A stretch of 64,000 bases of DNA from positions 1,952,001 through 2,016,000 of the forward strand of contig CAVYGB010000008.1 of NCBI GenBank assembly GCA_963767925.1, read 5' to 3'. A model generated the notes under the pieces. The model did no database searches, was not told the DNA's origin, and saw only the letters and a program-made list of their open reading frames with translations. Made by a program: the position numbers and the translations under genes. This stretch comes from an uncultured delta proteobacterium. Lineage in GTDB: Bacteria; Myxococcota_A; Polyangia; Fen-1088. Positions 54,423 through 64,000 of the stretch are shown here, one piece after another (within the stretch, counting starts at the first letter, position 1; each line of letters begins with the position of its first letter).

Positions 54423-55128
54423 AACTCTCCACCAGTCCCCGCAGGATGAGTTGCCAGCCGTCCGCGAGCACGAACAGCAGGAGCTTGAACGGAAGAGAGA
54501 CCGTTGTCGGCGACAACATGTGCATGCCGAGCGCGAGCAAGATGTTGGCGATCACCATGTCGACGACCAGGAAGGGTACGAACAGCAAGAACCCGATCTC
54601 GAAGGCCCGTCGGAGCTCCGAGGTCAAGAAGGCGGGCACGATGATCAGGAGGTCCCGATCGGTGATCCCGGCCCGCTCGGTGGGGGCGCGCATGCGCAGA
54701 GACAGGCCGTGGAACAGCGCCCGGTCGCGGGCGTTGCTGTGCTTGAGCAGGAACTCGCGCAGCGGCTCCTTGACCCGCTCGGCGGCCTGCTCCATCACGG
54801 CGATCGACTGGGCGCTCATCACCGAAGCGCCGGACCCCCGCTCCAGCAAGGGCTCGATCGCCTTGTACATGCGCTCACCGGTCGGCGCCATGACGTAGAG
54901 GGTGAGCAACATGGCCAGGCCCGTGATCACCTGATTCGGGGGGATCTGCGGGGTGCCCAGGGCGCCCTTCAGGATGGAGAGCACCACGGCGATGCGCACG
55001 AAGCTCGTCACCAGAAGCAAGACGAACGGCAGCAACGACAGCGCCGCCATCGCGATGATGAGCGTCAGGGGCCGGGTCGTCAGCGAGCCGCCGCGGTCGG
55101 CGGCCTGCGCCAGCGCCAGTAGGGTCAT
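54415..55128 (-). CDS. fliP: Type III export gate protein FliP/SctR
   Basis: TSFVRIAVVLS..PPNQV, PAFLTSEL and SLPFKLLLFVLADGW motifs. Confidence 0.95.
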   Translation of the reverse strand: MTLLALAQAADRGGSLTTRPLTLIIAMAALSLLPFVLLLVTSFVRIAVVLSILKGALGTPQIPPNQVITGLAMLLTLYVMAPTGERMYKAIEPLLERGSGASVMSAQSIAVMEQAAERVKEPLREFLLKHSNARDRALFHGLSLRMRAPTERAGITDRDLLIIVPAFLTSELRRAFEIGFLLFVPFLVVDMVIANILLALGMHMLSPTTVSLPFKLLLFVLADGWQLILRGLVESYV

Positions 55129-55162
55129 AGTCCGGGTCCTCCAGGGTTGGGCGCGCGCACGC

Positions 55163-55585
55163 TCAGCCCTCGTGTTCGGTTTCGGGCCGGCTGGGCAGCG
55201 GCTGCGACCGCTCCATCGGGCCGGGACGGGCCAGGATGCGGCTCAAGATCTGGTTGAAGCGACTCCGGGTGGCGCGACCAAGCCGGCTCGCCGCCGGCTC
55301 CTCGACCTTCACCTGGCTGGGGTCGACCTCCGCCAGCAGGGTCATTCCGCCGTCGCTGGCGCCGACCAGGAAACAGCGCCCGGCTGCCTCCAGCAGGAAA
55401 AACGACCGCTTGGGCTCAGGCGAGCAGCGGGCGATGACCCGAATTGGACCGCCGCCGGGACCCATGCCCCGGCGGGATACCCACTTCAGAACGACATACG
55501 CCAGGAGGCAAACCAGTCCCAGCGACAGGAAGCTGAGCGCGACAGAGCCTCCCAGGCCTGGAATTTCCGCAGCCTGAGCGTCCAT
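55163..55585 (-). CDS. fliO: FliO-like export gate chaperone
   Basis: Single TM followed by IRVIARCSPEPKRSFFLLEAAGRCFLVGAS, a FliO pattern; directly upstream of fliP. Confidence 0.8.
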   Translation of the reverse strand: MDAQAAEIPGLGGSVALSFLSLGLVCLLAYVVLKWVSRRGMGPGGGPIRVIARCSPEPKRSFFLLEAAGRCFLVGASDGGMTLLAEVDPSQVKVEEPAASRLGRATRSRFNQILSRILARPGPMERSQPLPSRPETEHEG

Positions 55586-55629
55586 AGGAGCCTGGTCGTC
55601 TTACCACAGGCCCCCCTTCCGGCGGGAAG

Positions 55630-56295
55630 CTACTTTTTCTTGGCCTTAACGGACTCGGACTTTCCCGCGGCCTTCGCCGAGGGCTTGGCCTTGGCCGAAG
55701 GACCGGTGGCCTGCTTGGCCCGCTGCTTGGCGGCGCCGCGGGTCCCCTCGTCGTCGGAGGACTTCGCCTTGGCTGCCTTGGCAGGCTTCTCGCCCTTTTC
55801 AGCCTTGCCACCGGCGGCCTTCTTGCCTGCGGAAGCCCCCTTGGCTCCCGCCTCGGGCTCCGGCTGCTCCGCCACCGCTGGCTGACCGTCGGGGATCAGC
55901 TCGAGGAGCGAGATCGGCGCCGCGTCGCCCGGCCGGTTGCCGATCTTGACGATGCGGGTGTACCCGCCCGGTCGCCCGAGATAACGGGGGCCGATCTCGT
56001 CGAACAGCTTGACCACCGCACCCCGGTCCCGCACCCAGCGACGGGCCATGCGAACCGCGTGAACGACGCGGGCCTTCTCCTCGCGCGTCCGCGACTCCGG
56101 CTCCTTGGTGAGCACGTCGCCCAGCCGCCGGGCCAGCGTGATGGTCCGCTCCGCGATCCGCCGGGTTGCCTTCGCCTTGGCGTCGGTGGTTCGGATGCGC
56201 TCGTGCGTGAACAGCGAGGCGATCAGGTTGGAAAAGAGCGCCCGCCGGTGAGCCGACGTACGCGATAAATGGACTCCAGCACGTTGATGTCGCAT
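55630..56295 (-). CDS. rplQ: 50S ribosomal protein L17 with Lys/Ala-rich C-terminal extension
   Basis: MRHQ..LSRTSAHRRAL, RIRTTDAKAK and RPGGYTRIVK..RPGDAA motifs. Confidence 0.96.
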   Translation of the reverse strand: MRHQRAGVHLSRTSAHRRALFSNLIASLFTHERIRTTDAKAKATRRIAERTITLARRLGDVLTKEPESRTREEKARVVHAVRMARRWVRDRGAVVKLFDEIGPRYLGRPGGYTRIVKIGNRPGDAAPISLLELIPDGQPAVAEQPEPEAGAKGASAGKKAAGGKAEKGEKPAKAAKAKSSDDEGTRGAAKQRAKQATGPSAKAKPSAKAAGKSESVKAKKK

Positions 56296-56399
56296 GGGAA
56301 GGCCTGAGCCGTGAAGTGCTCTCGCTGTTGGTGATTCTTGGGGCGCTCCTGGGGCGTTTCCCAGGGCGCTGCTTGGGGCGTCTCTTTAAAGGCGTCTCT

Positions 56400-57437
<1,038 letters not shown>

Positions 57438-57490
57438 CTTCTTCTCCTCTCGGTCCTAGGCCGTCAAACTCTTGCCGCTGCTCACCCGGA

Positions 57491-58120
57491 TCACCTCGAG
57501 TAGAGCTCGACGATGAGCTGCTCGCGGATCGGCATGGTGAGATCGTCCCGGGACGGCAACGCCGTCAACTTTCCCTCGAAGGCGTCCTTGCTGAGCTGCA
57601 ACCACTTGGGCACGCCCCGCCGCTCCACCGCCGCCAGGCTCTCCTGGACACGGGTGATCTTGCGGGAACCCTCCCGCACGGAGATGGCGTCGCTGGCCCG
57701 GCAAAGGAAAGAGGGGATGTCCACCTTGCGACCGTTGACCCGCAGGTGCCCGTGGCGGACGAGCTGGCGAGCCTCGGCGTGGTCGGAGGCGAAGCCCAGC
57801 CGGTAGACCACGTTGTCCAGGCGCCGCTCGAGGAGCTGGAGCAAGTTCTCGCCGGTCACGCCCTTCATGCGGACGGCCTTGAAGTAGTAGCCCCGGAACT
57901 GCCGCTCGGCGAGGCCGTACATACGCTTGACCTTCTGCTTCTCGCGGAGCTGCAGGCCATAGTTGGACAGCTTGCGACGGCGAGCCTGGCCGTGCTGACC
58001 GGGGGCGTAAGCCCGCCGCTCGTAGCCGCACTTGTCGGTGTAGCAGCGATCGCCCTTGAGGAAGAGCTTCATGTCTTCGCGGCGGCAAAGACGACAGACC
58101 GGACCAGAGTATTTCGCCAT
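57491..58120 (-). CDS. rpsD: 30S ribosomal protein S4 (Zn-binding type)
   Basis: [21 protein letters not shown] and [13 protein letters not shown] motifs. Confidence 0.98.
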   Translation of the reverse strand: MAKYSGPVCRLCRREDMKLFLKGDRCYTDKCGYERRAYAPGQHGQARRRKLSNYGLQLREKQKVKRMYGLAERQFRGYYFKAVRMKGVTGENLLQLLERRLDNVVYRLGFASDHAEARQLVRHGHLRVNGRKVDIPSFLCRASDAISVREGSRKITRVQESLAAVERRGVPKWLQLSKDAFEGKLTALPSRDDLTMPIREQLIVELYSR

Positions 58121-58144
58121 GGATGCTGAGCTTTCTCGAGGACC

Positions 58145-58543
58145 TTAAACGCGCCTGCGCTTGGGCGGCCGGCAACCGTTGTGGGGAATGGGGGTCAAAT
58201 CGCGGATGAGGCTGATGCGCAGGCCGGTCGCGGCCAGGGCCCGCAGGGCCGATTCGCGCCCCGCCCCGGGTCCCTTGATGAACACGTTCACCGACTTCAT
58301 CCCGTGCTCCATCGCCTTGTGAGCGGCGTCTTCCGCGGCGAGCTGGGCGGCGAAGGGGGTCGACTTGCGCGAGCCCTTGAACCCCTTCACACCCGAGGAG
58401 GACCAGGCCACCACGTTGCCCGAGACGTCGGTGATGGTGACGATGGTGTTGTTGAACGAGGCGGTGATGTGCGCGATCCCGCTCTGGACGTTCTTCTTGG
58501 CCTTCTTCGCCTTGGGCTTCTTCTCGGCTGTTTCGGTCGACAT
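58145..58543 (-). CDS. rpsK: 30S ribosomal protein S11
   Basis: [20 protein letters not shown] and [15 protein letters not shown] motifs. Confidence 0.98.
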   Translation of the reverse strand: MSTETAEKKPKAKKAKKNVQSGIAHITASFNNTIVTITDVSGNVVAWSSSGVKGFKGSRKSTPFAAQLAAEDAAHKAMEHGMKSVNVFIKGPGAGRESALRALAATGLRISLIRDLTPIPHNGCRPPKRRRV

Positions 58544-58589
58544 CGGTGGCTTTGATCCTCTCGTGTTGGCTCGGCGGCGAGGTCTCGGC

Positions 58590-58976
58590 TCAGGCGCCCG
58601 GTCCGTCTTTGCGCTTGATCATCTGACCCTTACGCGGCCCCTTACGGGTCCGGGCGTTGGTGTGGGTGCGCTGACCGCGCACGGGGAGATTTCGGCGGTG
58701 GCGCAAGCCCCGGTAGCAGCCGAGGTCCATGAGGCGCTTGATGTTCATGGCGACGTCGCGTCGCAGATCACCCTCCACCTTGAGCTGCAAGGACTCGATG
58801 ACCTCGCGGATCCGGCGGGCTTCAGCATCGTCGAGATCGTCGCTTCGCTTGTCGAGCGACACCTCGGCCGCCCGCAGGATCTGGCGGGATCTCATCTTGC
58901 CCACGCCATAAAGGTACGTGAGCGCAACTTCCATTCGTTTGTTGCGGGGCAGGTCAACGCCGGCGATACGGGCCAT
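58590..58976 (-). CDS. rpsM: 30S ribosomal protein S13
   Basis: [10 protein letters not shown] and [17 protein letters not shown] motifs. Confidence 0.98.
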   Translation of the reverse strand: MARIAGVDLPRNKRMEVALTYLYGVGKMRSRQILRAAEVSLDKRSDDLDDAEARRIREVIESLQLKVEGDLRRDVAMNIKRLMDLGCYRGLRHRRNLPVRGQRTHTNARTRKGPRKGQMIKRKDGPGA

Positions 58977-59006
58977 GGGTCTTGGGCTCTCCTTGCGGTG
59001 GGCGGA

Positions 59007-59120
59007 TCAGCCTTGGCGCTGCTTGTGGCGCGCGTTCTCGCAGATCACCCGCACGACACCGCGCCGCCGGATGACTTTGCATTTCTCACAAACCTTCTTG
59101 ACCGATGCTCTGACCTTCAT
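59007..59120 (-). CDS. rpmJ: 50S ribosomal protein L36
   Basis: [37 protein letters not shown]. Confidence 0.97.
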   Translation of the reverse strand: MKVRASVKKVCEKCKVIRRRGVVRVICENARHKQRQG

Positions 59121-59199
59121 GACAAATACTTCCCCACGACAATCGAGCGATTGATTTGAAACGGGGCCTTCTCGCGTTTCCCGGCTCTGTCGGCTCTCC

Positions 59200-59958
59200 T
59201 CAAGAGGCACGAGATAACACGTAGGGCCCCTCCTCGGTGATGGCCACCGAGTGCTCAAAATGGGCGGAGAGGCTACCATCTTTGGTCACAGCCGTCCAGC
59301 CGTCTTCCTCGATGACCACCTCGGGCCCCCCGGCGTTGATCATCGGCTCGATGGCGATGACCATACCGGCGCTGAGCCGCCCCCCCTTGCCCCGCTCACC
59401 GTAGTTCGGGACGTGGGGCGCCTCGTGCATCTCGCGCCCGATCCCGTGACCGACGAACTGGGTGACGACGGAGAAGCCCTTCGCCTCGACGAATGACTGG
59501 ATCGCCCAGCCGATGTCCCCCAGCCGGTGGCCTGGAGCGCACTGCGCTATGGCCAGATCCAGCGCGTCTCGCGTGGAATCCATCAGGGCCTGGGCCTCCG
59601 GCGTGACCTTCTTGCCCACGGCGATGGTCCGGGCCGAATCGCCGCACCAACCGTCCTTGAACGCCCCGAAGTCGACCGAGACGATGTCCCCGTCATCAAG
59701 GATGACGTCCTTGCGGGGGATGCCATGGACCACCACGCTGTTGACCGAGGTGCAGAGCACTGCCGGATACCCCCGGTAGCCCAGGAACGCCGATTCCCCC
59801 TTGAGGTGCTTGAGGCGCCGCGAGGCCACCTCGTTGAGCTCCCAGGTGCTGACGCCGGCGGCGATGGCCGCCTCCACCGCATCGAGCACGTCGGCGACGA
59901 TGAGGTTGGCCTCTCGCATCTTGGCGATCTGGGCCGTGGTCTTGAGCTGGATTCCCAT
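59200..59958 (-). CDS. map: Type I methionine aminopeptidase
   Basis: [27 protein letters not shown] and SAHFEHS motifs. Confidence 0.97.
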   Translation of the reverse strand: MGIQLKTTAQIAKMREANLIVADVLDAVEAAIAAGVSTWELNEVASRRLKHLKGESAFLGYRGYPAVLCTSVNSVVVHGIPRKDVILDDGDIVSVDFGAFKDGWCGDSARTIAVGKKVTPEAQALMDSTRDALDLAIAQCAPGHRLGDIGWAIQSFVEAKGFSVVTQFVGHGIGREMHEAPHVPNYGERGKGGRLSAGMVIAIEPMINAGGPEVVIEEDGWTAVTKDGSLSAHFEHSVAITEEGPYVLSRAS

Positions 59959-60013
59959 TCAGCGACCCTTCGACCGCCAACGCCTGCTCGAGCACCGGGA
60001 GGGGGACGCCATG

Positions 60014-61363
60014 TCAGGAGGAGCTCACCGGACCGACGGTGCGTCCACCGCGGCCACGGATGCGGGGCCCCTTGGGACCGGTGAAGCCCTCGTAGTTCCG
60101 GGTGATGAGGTGCGACTCGATCTGCTGGACGGTGTCGAGCGCCACCCCGACCACGATCATCAGCCCGGTGCCGCCGAACTGGAAGGGGACCCCAAGCTGC
60201 ACGCTCAGCAAGGTCGGCAACACGCAGACCGCCGAGACGTAGACCGCACCCCCGAAGGTGATGCGGGTGAGGACCTGGTCGATGTAAGCGGCGGTAGCCT
60301 TGCCCGGGCGGATCCCGGGGATGAAACCGCCGTACTTCCGCATGTTGTCCGCGACGTCGACCGGATTGAAGGTGACCGCGGTGTAGAAGTAGCAAAAGAA
60401 GATGATGAGCCCGACGTAGATCACGTTGTAGCGCCAGTCCGCGGGGTGAAGGGCGTCCGAGAACGACTTCACCCAGGGGTTCTGGACGAACGAGGCGATC
60501 TGCTGCGGAAACATCAGGATCGAGGAGGCGAAGATGGGGGGGATGACCCCCGCCGTGTTCACCTTCAGCGGCAGGTGCGTCGACTGGCCGCCGAACATCT
60601 TGCGGCCCACGAGGCGCTTCGCATATTGGACCGGGATCCGTCTTTGACCCCGTTCGAAGAAGATGATGCCGGCCATGACCAGCACGACGATGACCCCCAG
60701 CACCGCCAGGGCGAACACCGTGATGTCTCCCCCCTGGGCCTTCTGGAAGAGCTGGAAGACCGCCTGGGGCAGATCGCAGACGATGCCGGCGAAGATGATG
60801 AGCGAGATGCCGTTGCCGATGCCGCGCTCGGTGATCTGTTCACCCAGCCACATGATGAACGCCGTCCCGGTGGTCAGCGAGATCATGGTGATGAGGTAAA
60901 AGTGCCAGCCGGGATCGGGGACCACCTCGCCGTACTGGGCGTACTGCGTATTGTTCGCGATCAGCCAGCGGGCAATGAAGAACGACTGGATGAGCGCAAG
61001 GACGATGCAGCCGTAACGCGTGTACTGGTTGAGGCGGCGACGGCCCAGCTCACCTTCCCGCTGGATCTGCTCGAGCTTGGGAACGACGACGGTCAGGAGC
61101 TGCAGAATGATCGAGGCGCTGATGTACGGCATGATGCCGAGCGCGAAGATCGACATCTGCTCGAGCGCCCCGCCCGAGAACATGTTGAAAAGTCCCAGGA
61201 ACGAACCGGAGGCCTGGTTGATGATCTTCGTCATCACGCCGCGGTTCACGCCCGGCGTGGTCACGAAGACGCCGAAGCGGTAAACGGCCAGCAGCGCCAG
61301 GGTAAACAGCAGACGCCGGCGTAGCTCCGGGATCTTGCCGACGTTCTGGAACGCAGACGCCAT
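60014..61363 (-). CDS. secY: Preprotein translocase subunit SecY
   Basis: [30 protein letters not shown] and FIPGIRPG motifs. Confidence 0.98.
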   Translation of the reverse strand: MASAFQNVGKIPELRRRLLFTLALLAVYRFGVFVTTPGVNRGVMTKIINQASGSFLGLFNMFSGGALEQMSIFALGIMPYISASIILQLLTVVVPKLEQIQREGELGRRRLNQYTRYGCIVLALIQSFFIARWLIANNTQYAQYGEVVPDPGWHFYLITMISLTTGTAFIMWLGEQITERGIGNGISLIIFAGIVCDLPQAVFQLFQKAQGGDITVFALAVLGVIVVLVMAGIIFFERGQRRIPVQYAKRLVGRKMFGGQSTHLPLKVNTAGVIPPIFASSILMFPQQIASFVQNPWVKSFSDALHPADWRYNVIYVGLIIFFCYFYTAVTFNPVDVADNMRKYGGFIPGIRPGKATAAYIDQVLTRITFGGAVYVSAVCVLPTLLSVQLGVPFQFGGTGLMIVVGVALDTVQQIESHLITRNYEGFTGPKGPRIRGRGGRTVGPVSSS

Positions 61364-61371
61364 GGCTTGCC

Positions 61372-61830
61372 TTAAGCCTCGAGCACTTCGACGGAGCCGC
61401 CCGCCTTTTCGATCTTGGCCTTGGCGGTAGCCGAGAAGGCGTGGGCCTTGACGACCATCTTCTTGCTCAGCTCGCCGTCACCAAGGATCTTGACCCGCTT
61501 GCAACGGCGAGGCACCAGGCCCGCCTGCTGCAGCTCAGGCACGCCGACGGTGCCGCCACCGTCGAAGGTGTCCTCGAGGTGCCCGATGTTGACCGGGAAG
61601 TATTCCACCCGGAACGGATTCTTGAAGCCGACCTTGGGCAGCCGACGCTGCATCGGCATCTGACCACCCTCGAAGCCGAAGCGGGCACCGTGGTGACCGG
61701 TGCGGGCCTTCTGGCCCTTGACGCCCTTGCCTGACTGTTCGCCCGTGCCCGAGCCGGGGCCGCGGCCGATGCGCTTGCGGTTCCGGGTGGCGCCGCGAGG
61801 GCCTTTCAAATTGTGCAGTGAGCTCCCCAT
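61372..61830 (-). CDS. rplO: 50S ribosomal protein L15
   Basis: RIGRGPGSG and [15 protein letters not shown] motifs. Confidence 0.97.
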   Translation of the reverse strand: MGSSLHNLKGPRGATRNRKRIGRGPGSGTGEQSGKGVKGQKARTGHHGARFGFEGGQMPMQRRLPKVGFKNPFRVEYFPVNIGHLEDTFDGGGTVGVPELQQAGLVPRRCKRVKILGDGELSKKMVVKAHAFSATAKAKIEKAGGSVEVLEA

Positions 61831-61863
61831 GATGTTCCTCTCGCCGGGCTGTTCCCGAAGGCT

Positions 61864-62049
61864 CTACTCGGCGGCCTCGACCTTGACCAGGTGGGCCACT
61901 GCGCGGATCATGCCACGAACTGCCTGATTGTCCGGCACCTCGACGCTCATGTTCATGCGCCGCAGACCCAGATGGCGGATGGTCCGCTTCTGCGCCTCGA
62001 GCCGATTGATGCCGCTACGGATCAGGGTGACTTTGAGTTTCTTGGCCAT
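61864..62049 (-). CDS. rpmD: 50S ribosomal protein L30
   Basis: LKVTLIRS...LGLRR...VRGMI..VAHLV; spc operon position. Confidence 0.95.
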   Translation of the reverse strand: MAKKLKVTLIRSGINRLEAQKRTIRHLGLRRMNMSVEVPDNQAVRGMIRAVAHLVKVEAAE

Positions 62050-62056
62050 TGGCGTT

Positions 62057-62557
62057 CTACCCTGCGAGCTCCTCGGGCCTCTTGCCGCGCAGAGCGGCCA
62101 CGTCGCCGGCGCTGCGCAGTTGTTTCAAGGCGTCGATGGTGGCGTGAATGACGTTGTGGGGATTGGAGGTGCCGATGCACTTGGTGAGGATGTCCTGCAC
62201 CCCGGAGACCTCGAGCACGGGCCGAACCGCTCCCCCGGCGATGACGCCGGTACCCGGACCGGCCGGTCGCAACACCACCACCCCGGCCCCGAACTGCCCC
62301 TTGACCTCGTGCGGGATGGTCCCGTTGATGAGCGGGATCTTGAACAGGTTCTTCTTCGCCTGTTCTGTCCCCTTGCGGATGGCTTCGGGCACCTCGTTGG
62401 CCTTACCCAGCCCGGCGCCCACGAATCCGCGTTGATCGCCCACGACCACCAGCGCCGAGAACGAGAAGCGCCGCCCGCCCTTGACCACCTTCGCCACGCG
62501 GTTGATGAAGACGACGCTGTCGACCAGCTCGCCAACTTCTTCGTAATTGATCGCCAT
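62057..62557 (-). CDS. rpsE: 30S ribosomal protein S5
   Basis: [16 protein letters not shown] and PGTGVIAGG motifs. Confidence 0.98.
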   Translation of the reverse strand: MAINYEEVGELVDSVVFINRVAKVVKGGRRFSFSALVVVGDQRGFVGAGLGKANEVPEAIRKGTEQAKKNLFKIPLINGTIPHEVKGQFGAGVVVLRPAGPGTGVIAGGAVRPVLEVSGVQDILTKCIGTSNPHNVIHATIDALKQLRSAGDVAALRGKRPEELAG

Positions 62558-62579
62558 CGTCTACCTTTCCAATCGCTCT

Positions 62580-63002
62580 CTAGAAATCCAGGCCGCCCTC
62601 GCGCGCGCCCGCGGCCACGGCGGACACCCGGCCGTGGTACTTGTAGCCGCCGCGATCGAAGACCACCTTCGAGATGCCCTTCTCGAGGCAGAGCTTGGCC
62701 AGGGCCGCGCCGACCAGCTTGGCCCGCTCGCTCTTCTTCGGCGGCTTCTCGGCGCTGGCTTCCTTCTTCACGCTGACCTTCTCGGCCTTGGCGCCGCTCT
62801 TCTTGTCCTGCGTGCCCTCCTTTTTCGCCAGGTCGGAGGCGGCCACCAGGGTCTTCTTGGCCAGATCGTCGATCACCTGGGCATAGATGTGCTTCGCGCT
62901 GCGAAAGACGACCAGCCGTGGCCTTTCGGCCGTCCCGGAAATCCGCTTCCGAAGCGAGCGGTGGCGGACTATGCGGCTCTGAAGCTTGCTCTTGCGGGCC
63001 AT
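62580..63002 (-). CDS. rplR: 50S ribosomal protein L18 with Lys-rich insertion
   Basis: [19 protein letters not shown] and [12 protein letters not shown] motifs. Confidence 0.97.
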   Translation of the reverse strand: MARKSKLQSRIVRHRSLRKRISGTAERPRLVVFRSAKHIYAQVIDDLAKKTLVAASDLAKKEGTQDKKSGAKAEKVSVKKEASAEKPPKKSERAKLVGAALAKLCLEKGISKVVFDRGGYKYHGRVSAVAAGAREGGLDF

Positions 63003-63064
63003 GACGTCGTTCTCCGTCTTCCTTGAGTCTCTCTGGCGTGACTGCTGGTTCCGAGCGTGGGCGG

Positions 63065-63622
63065 TTACTTGCCGCCACCGCCGCCGCTGGTCGCGCCGGC
63101 CTTGCCGACCTTGCGCTTGATGACCTCTTCGGCGTATTTGACGCCCTTGCCCTTGTAGGGCTCAGGCGGGCGCAGATCGCGGATCTTGGCCGCGGTCTGC
63201 CCCAGGATGTCCCGGTCGGCCGAGTTGAGGAAGACCCTGTTCTTCTCCACCTTGGCGGCAACCCCCTTGGGCAGCTTGAACACCACTGGGTGGGAGTAGC
63301 CGAGCTGCATGGTGAGGGTCTCACTCGAGACCTCGGCCCGGTAACCGACGCCGTTGATCTCCAGCTCGCGGGTCCAGCCGTCGGTGACGCCCTTGATCAT
63401 GTTGGCGAGCTGGGCCCGGATGAGACCGTGTTTGGCCCGGTTCGGCTGGGAGTCGTCAGCCCGCTCGACGGCGAGCTGGCTGGCGGAGACCTTGATCGTG
63501 ACCCCACCCGGGAGCGGCTTCTTCAGCTCCCCCTTGGGGCCCTTGACGCCGAAGGAACCGGCGCTCTGTGAGAAGGCCACCCCCTTCGGCAGCGGAAGCG
63601 GTTTGCGACCGATACGGGACAT
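63065..63622 (-). CDS. rplF: 50S ribosomal protein L6
   Basis: [20 protein letters not shown] and [13 protein letters not shown] motifs. Confidence 0.97.
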   Translation of the reverse strand: MSRIGRKPLPLPKGVAFSQSAGSFGVKGPKGELKKPLPGGVTIKVSASQLAVERADDSQPNRAKHGLIRAQLANMIKGVTDGWTRELEINGVGYRAEVSSETLTMQLGYSHPVVFKLPKGVAAKVEKNRVFLNSADRDILGQTAAKIRDLRPPEPYKGKGVKYAEEVIKRKVGKAGATSGGGGGK

Positions 63623-64000
63623 CACCAAACCTCGCAGAGCAGCTCGCCGCCCATGCCTTCTTTGCGAGCGGCACGGTCGGTCATCAGCCCGCGCGATGTG
63701 GACAGGATGGCGACACCCAGTCCCGACCGAATGCGGGGGATTCGGTCGTGGCGCACGTACACCCGTTGCCCGGGCCGCGAGCGGCGCCGCAGGCCCGTGA
63801 TGGCGTTCGTGTGCGGATCAGCCCAGCGAAGCTTGATAGCCAGCTCGGCGTTGTCAGCAAAGTCGGTACGGACGTCGTAGCCGGCGATGTACCCCTCAGC
63901 CTTGAGCAGGTCGGCGATCCTCACCTTCAGCTTGGAGCTGGGCAGGATCACTTCGGCATGCCGGGCCAGGATGGCATTGCGGATACGAGCCAGAAAGTCA
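63622..64000 (-). CDS. rpsH: 30S ribosomal protein S8 (5' end outside window)
   Basis: SRPGQRVY, GLGVAILSTSRG and GGELLCEVW motifs. Confidence 0.96.
   Translation of the reverse strand, partial: DFLARIRNAILARHAEVILPSSKLKVRIADLLKAEGYIAGYDVRTDFADNAELAIKLRWADPHTNAITGLRRRSRPGQRVYVRHDRIPRIRSGLGVAILSTSRGLMTDRAARKEGMGGELLCEVW

Overview
GC-rich bacterial window, most consistent with a Myxococcota/deltaproteobacterial genome (inferred from gene content). Left to right it contains: (1) A decayed accessory island (~0.5-9.4 kb) with a truncated Ser/Thr kinase, a truncated DUF6119/TIGR04141-like gene, a tyrosine integrase, a putative His-Cys peptidase/effector-like protein, and a large serine recombinase whose last codons run into the 3' end of tRNA-Glu; tRNA-Gln lies upstream. 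(2) PP2C-cNMP phosphatase, CBS protein, two TPR proteins and comEC. (3) A complete ebo cluster rearranged into two convergent halves (eboD-E-C >< eboF-B-A). (4) Sigma-70 factor, methyltransferase, psd, glnA, glnB, a Zn-ribbon/Tudor-like/histone-H1-like protein, CPBP and M16 proteases, and yacG. (5) A MoxR-DUF58-VWA operon ending at tRNA-Pro. (6) A second decayed island with integrase and relaxase remnants, LysR and a diheme cytochrome c lipoprotein. (7) rpe, fmt, a J-like protein and priA. (8) An isolated type III export-gate set (fliO-P-Q-R-flhB / sctRSTU) directly downstream of rplQ. (9) The alpha/spc ribosomal operons, lacking adk and infA. Several conserved genes (PP2C, eboB/C/F, glnA) carry single-base frameshifts that look like sequencing indels. 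No CRISPR array or rRNA was seen. All family calls are from motif recognition by eye; no searches were run.
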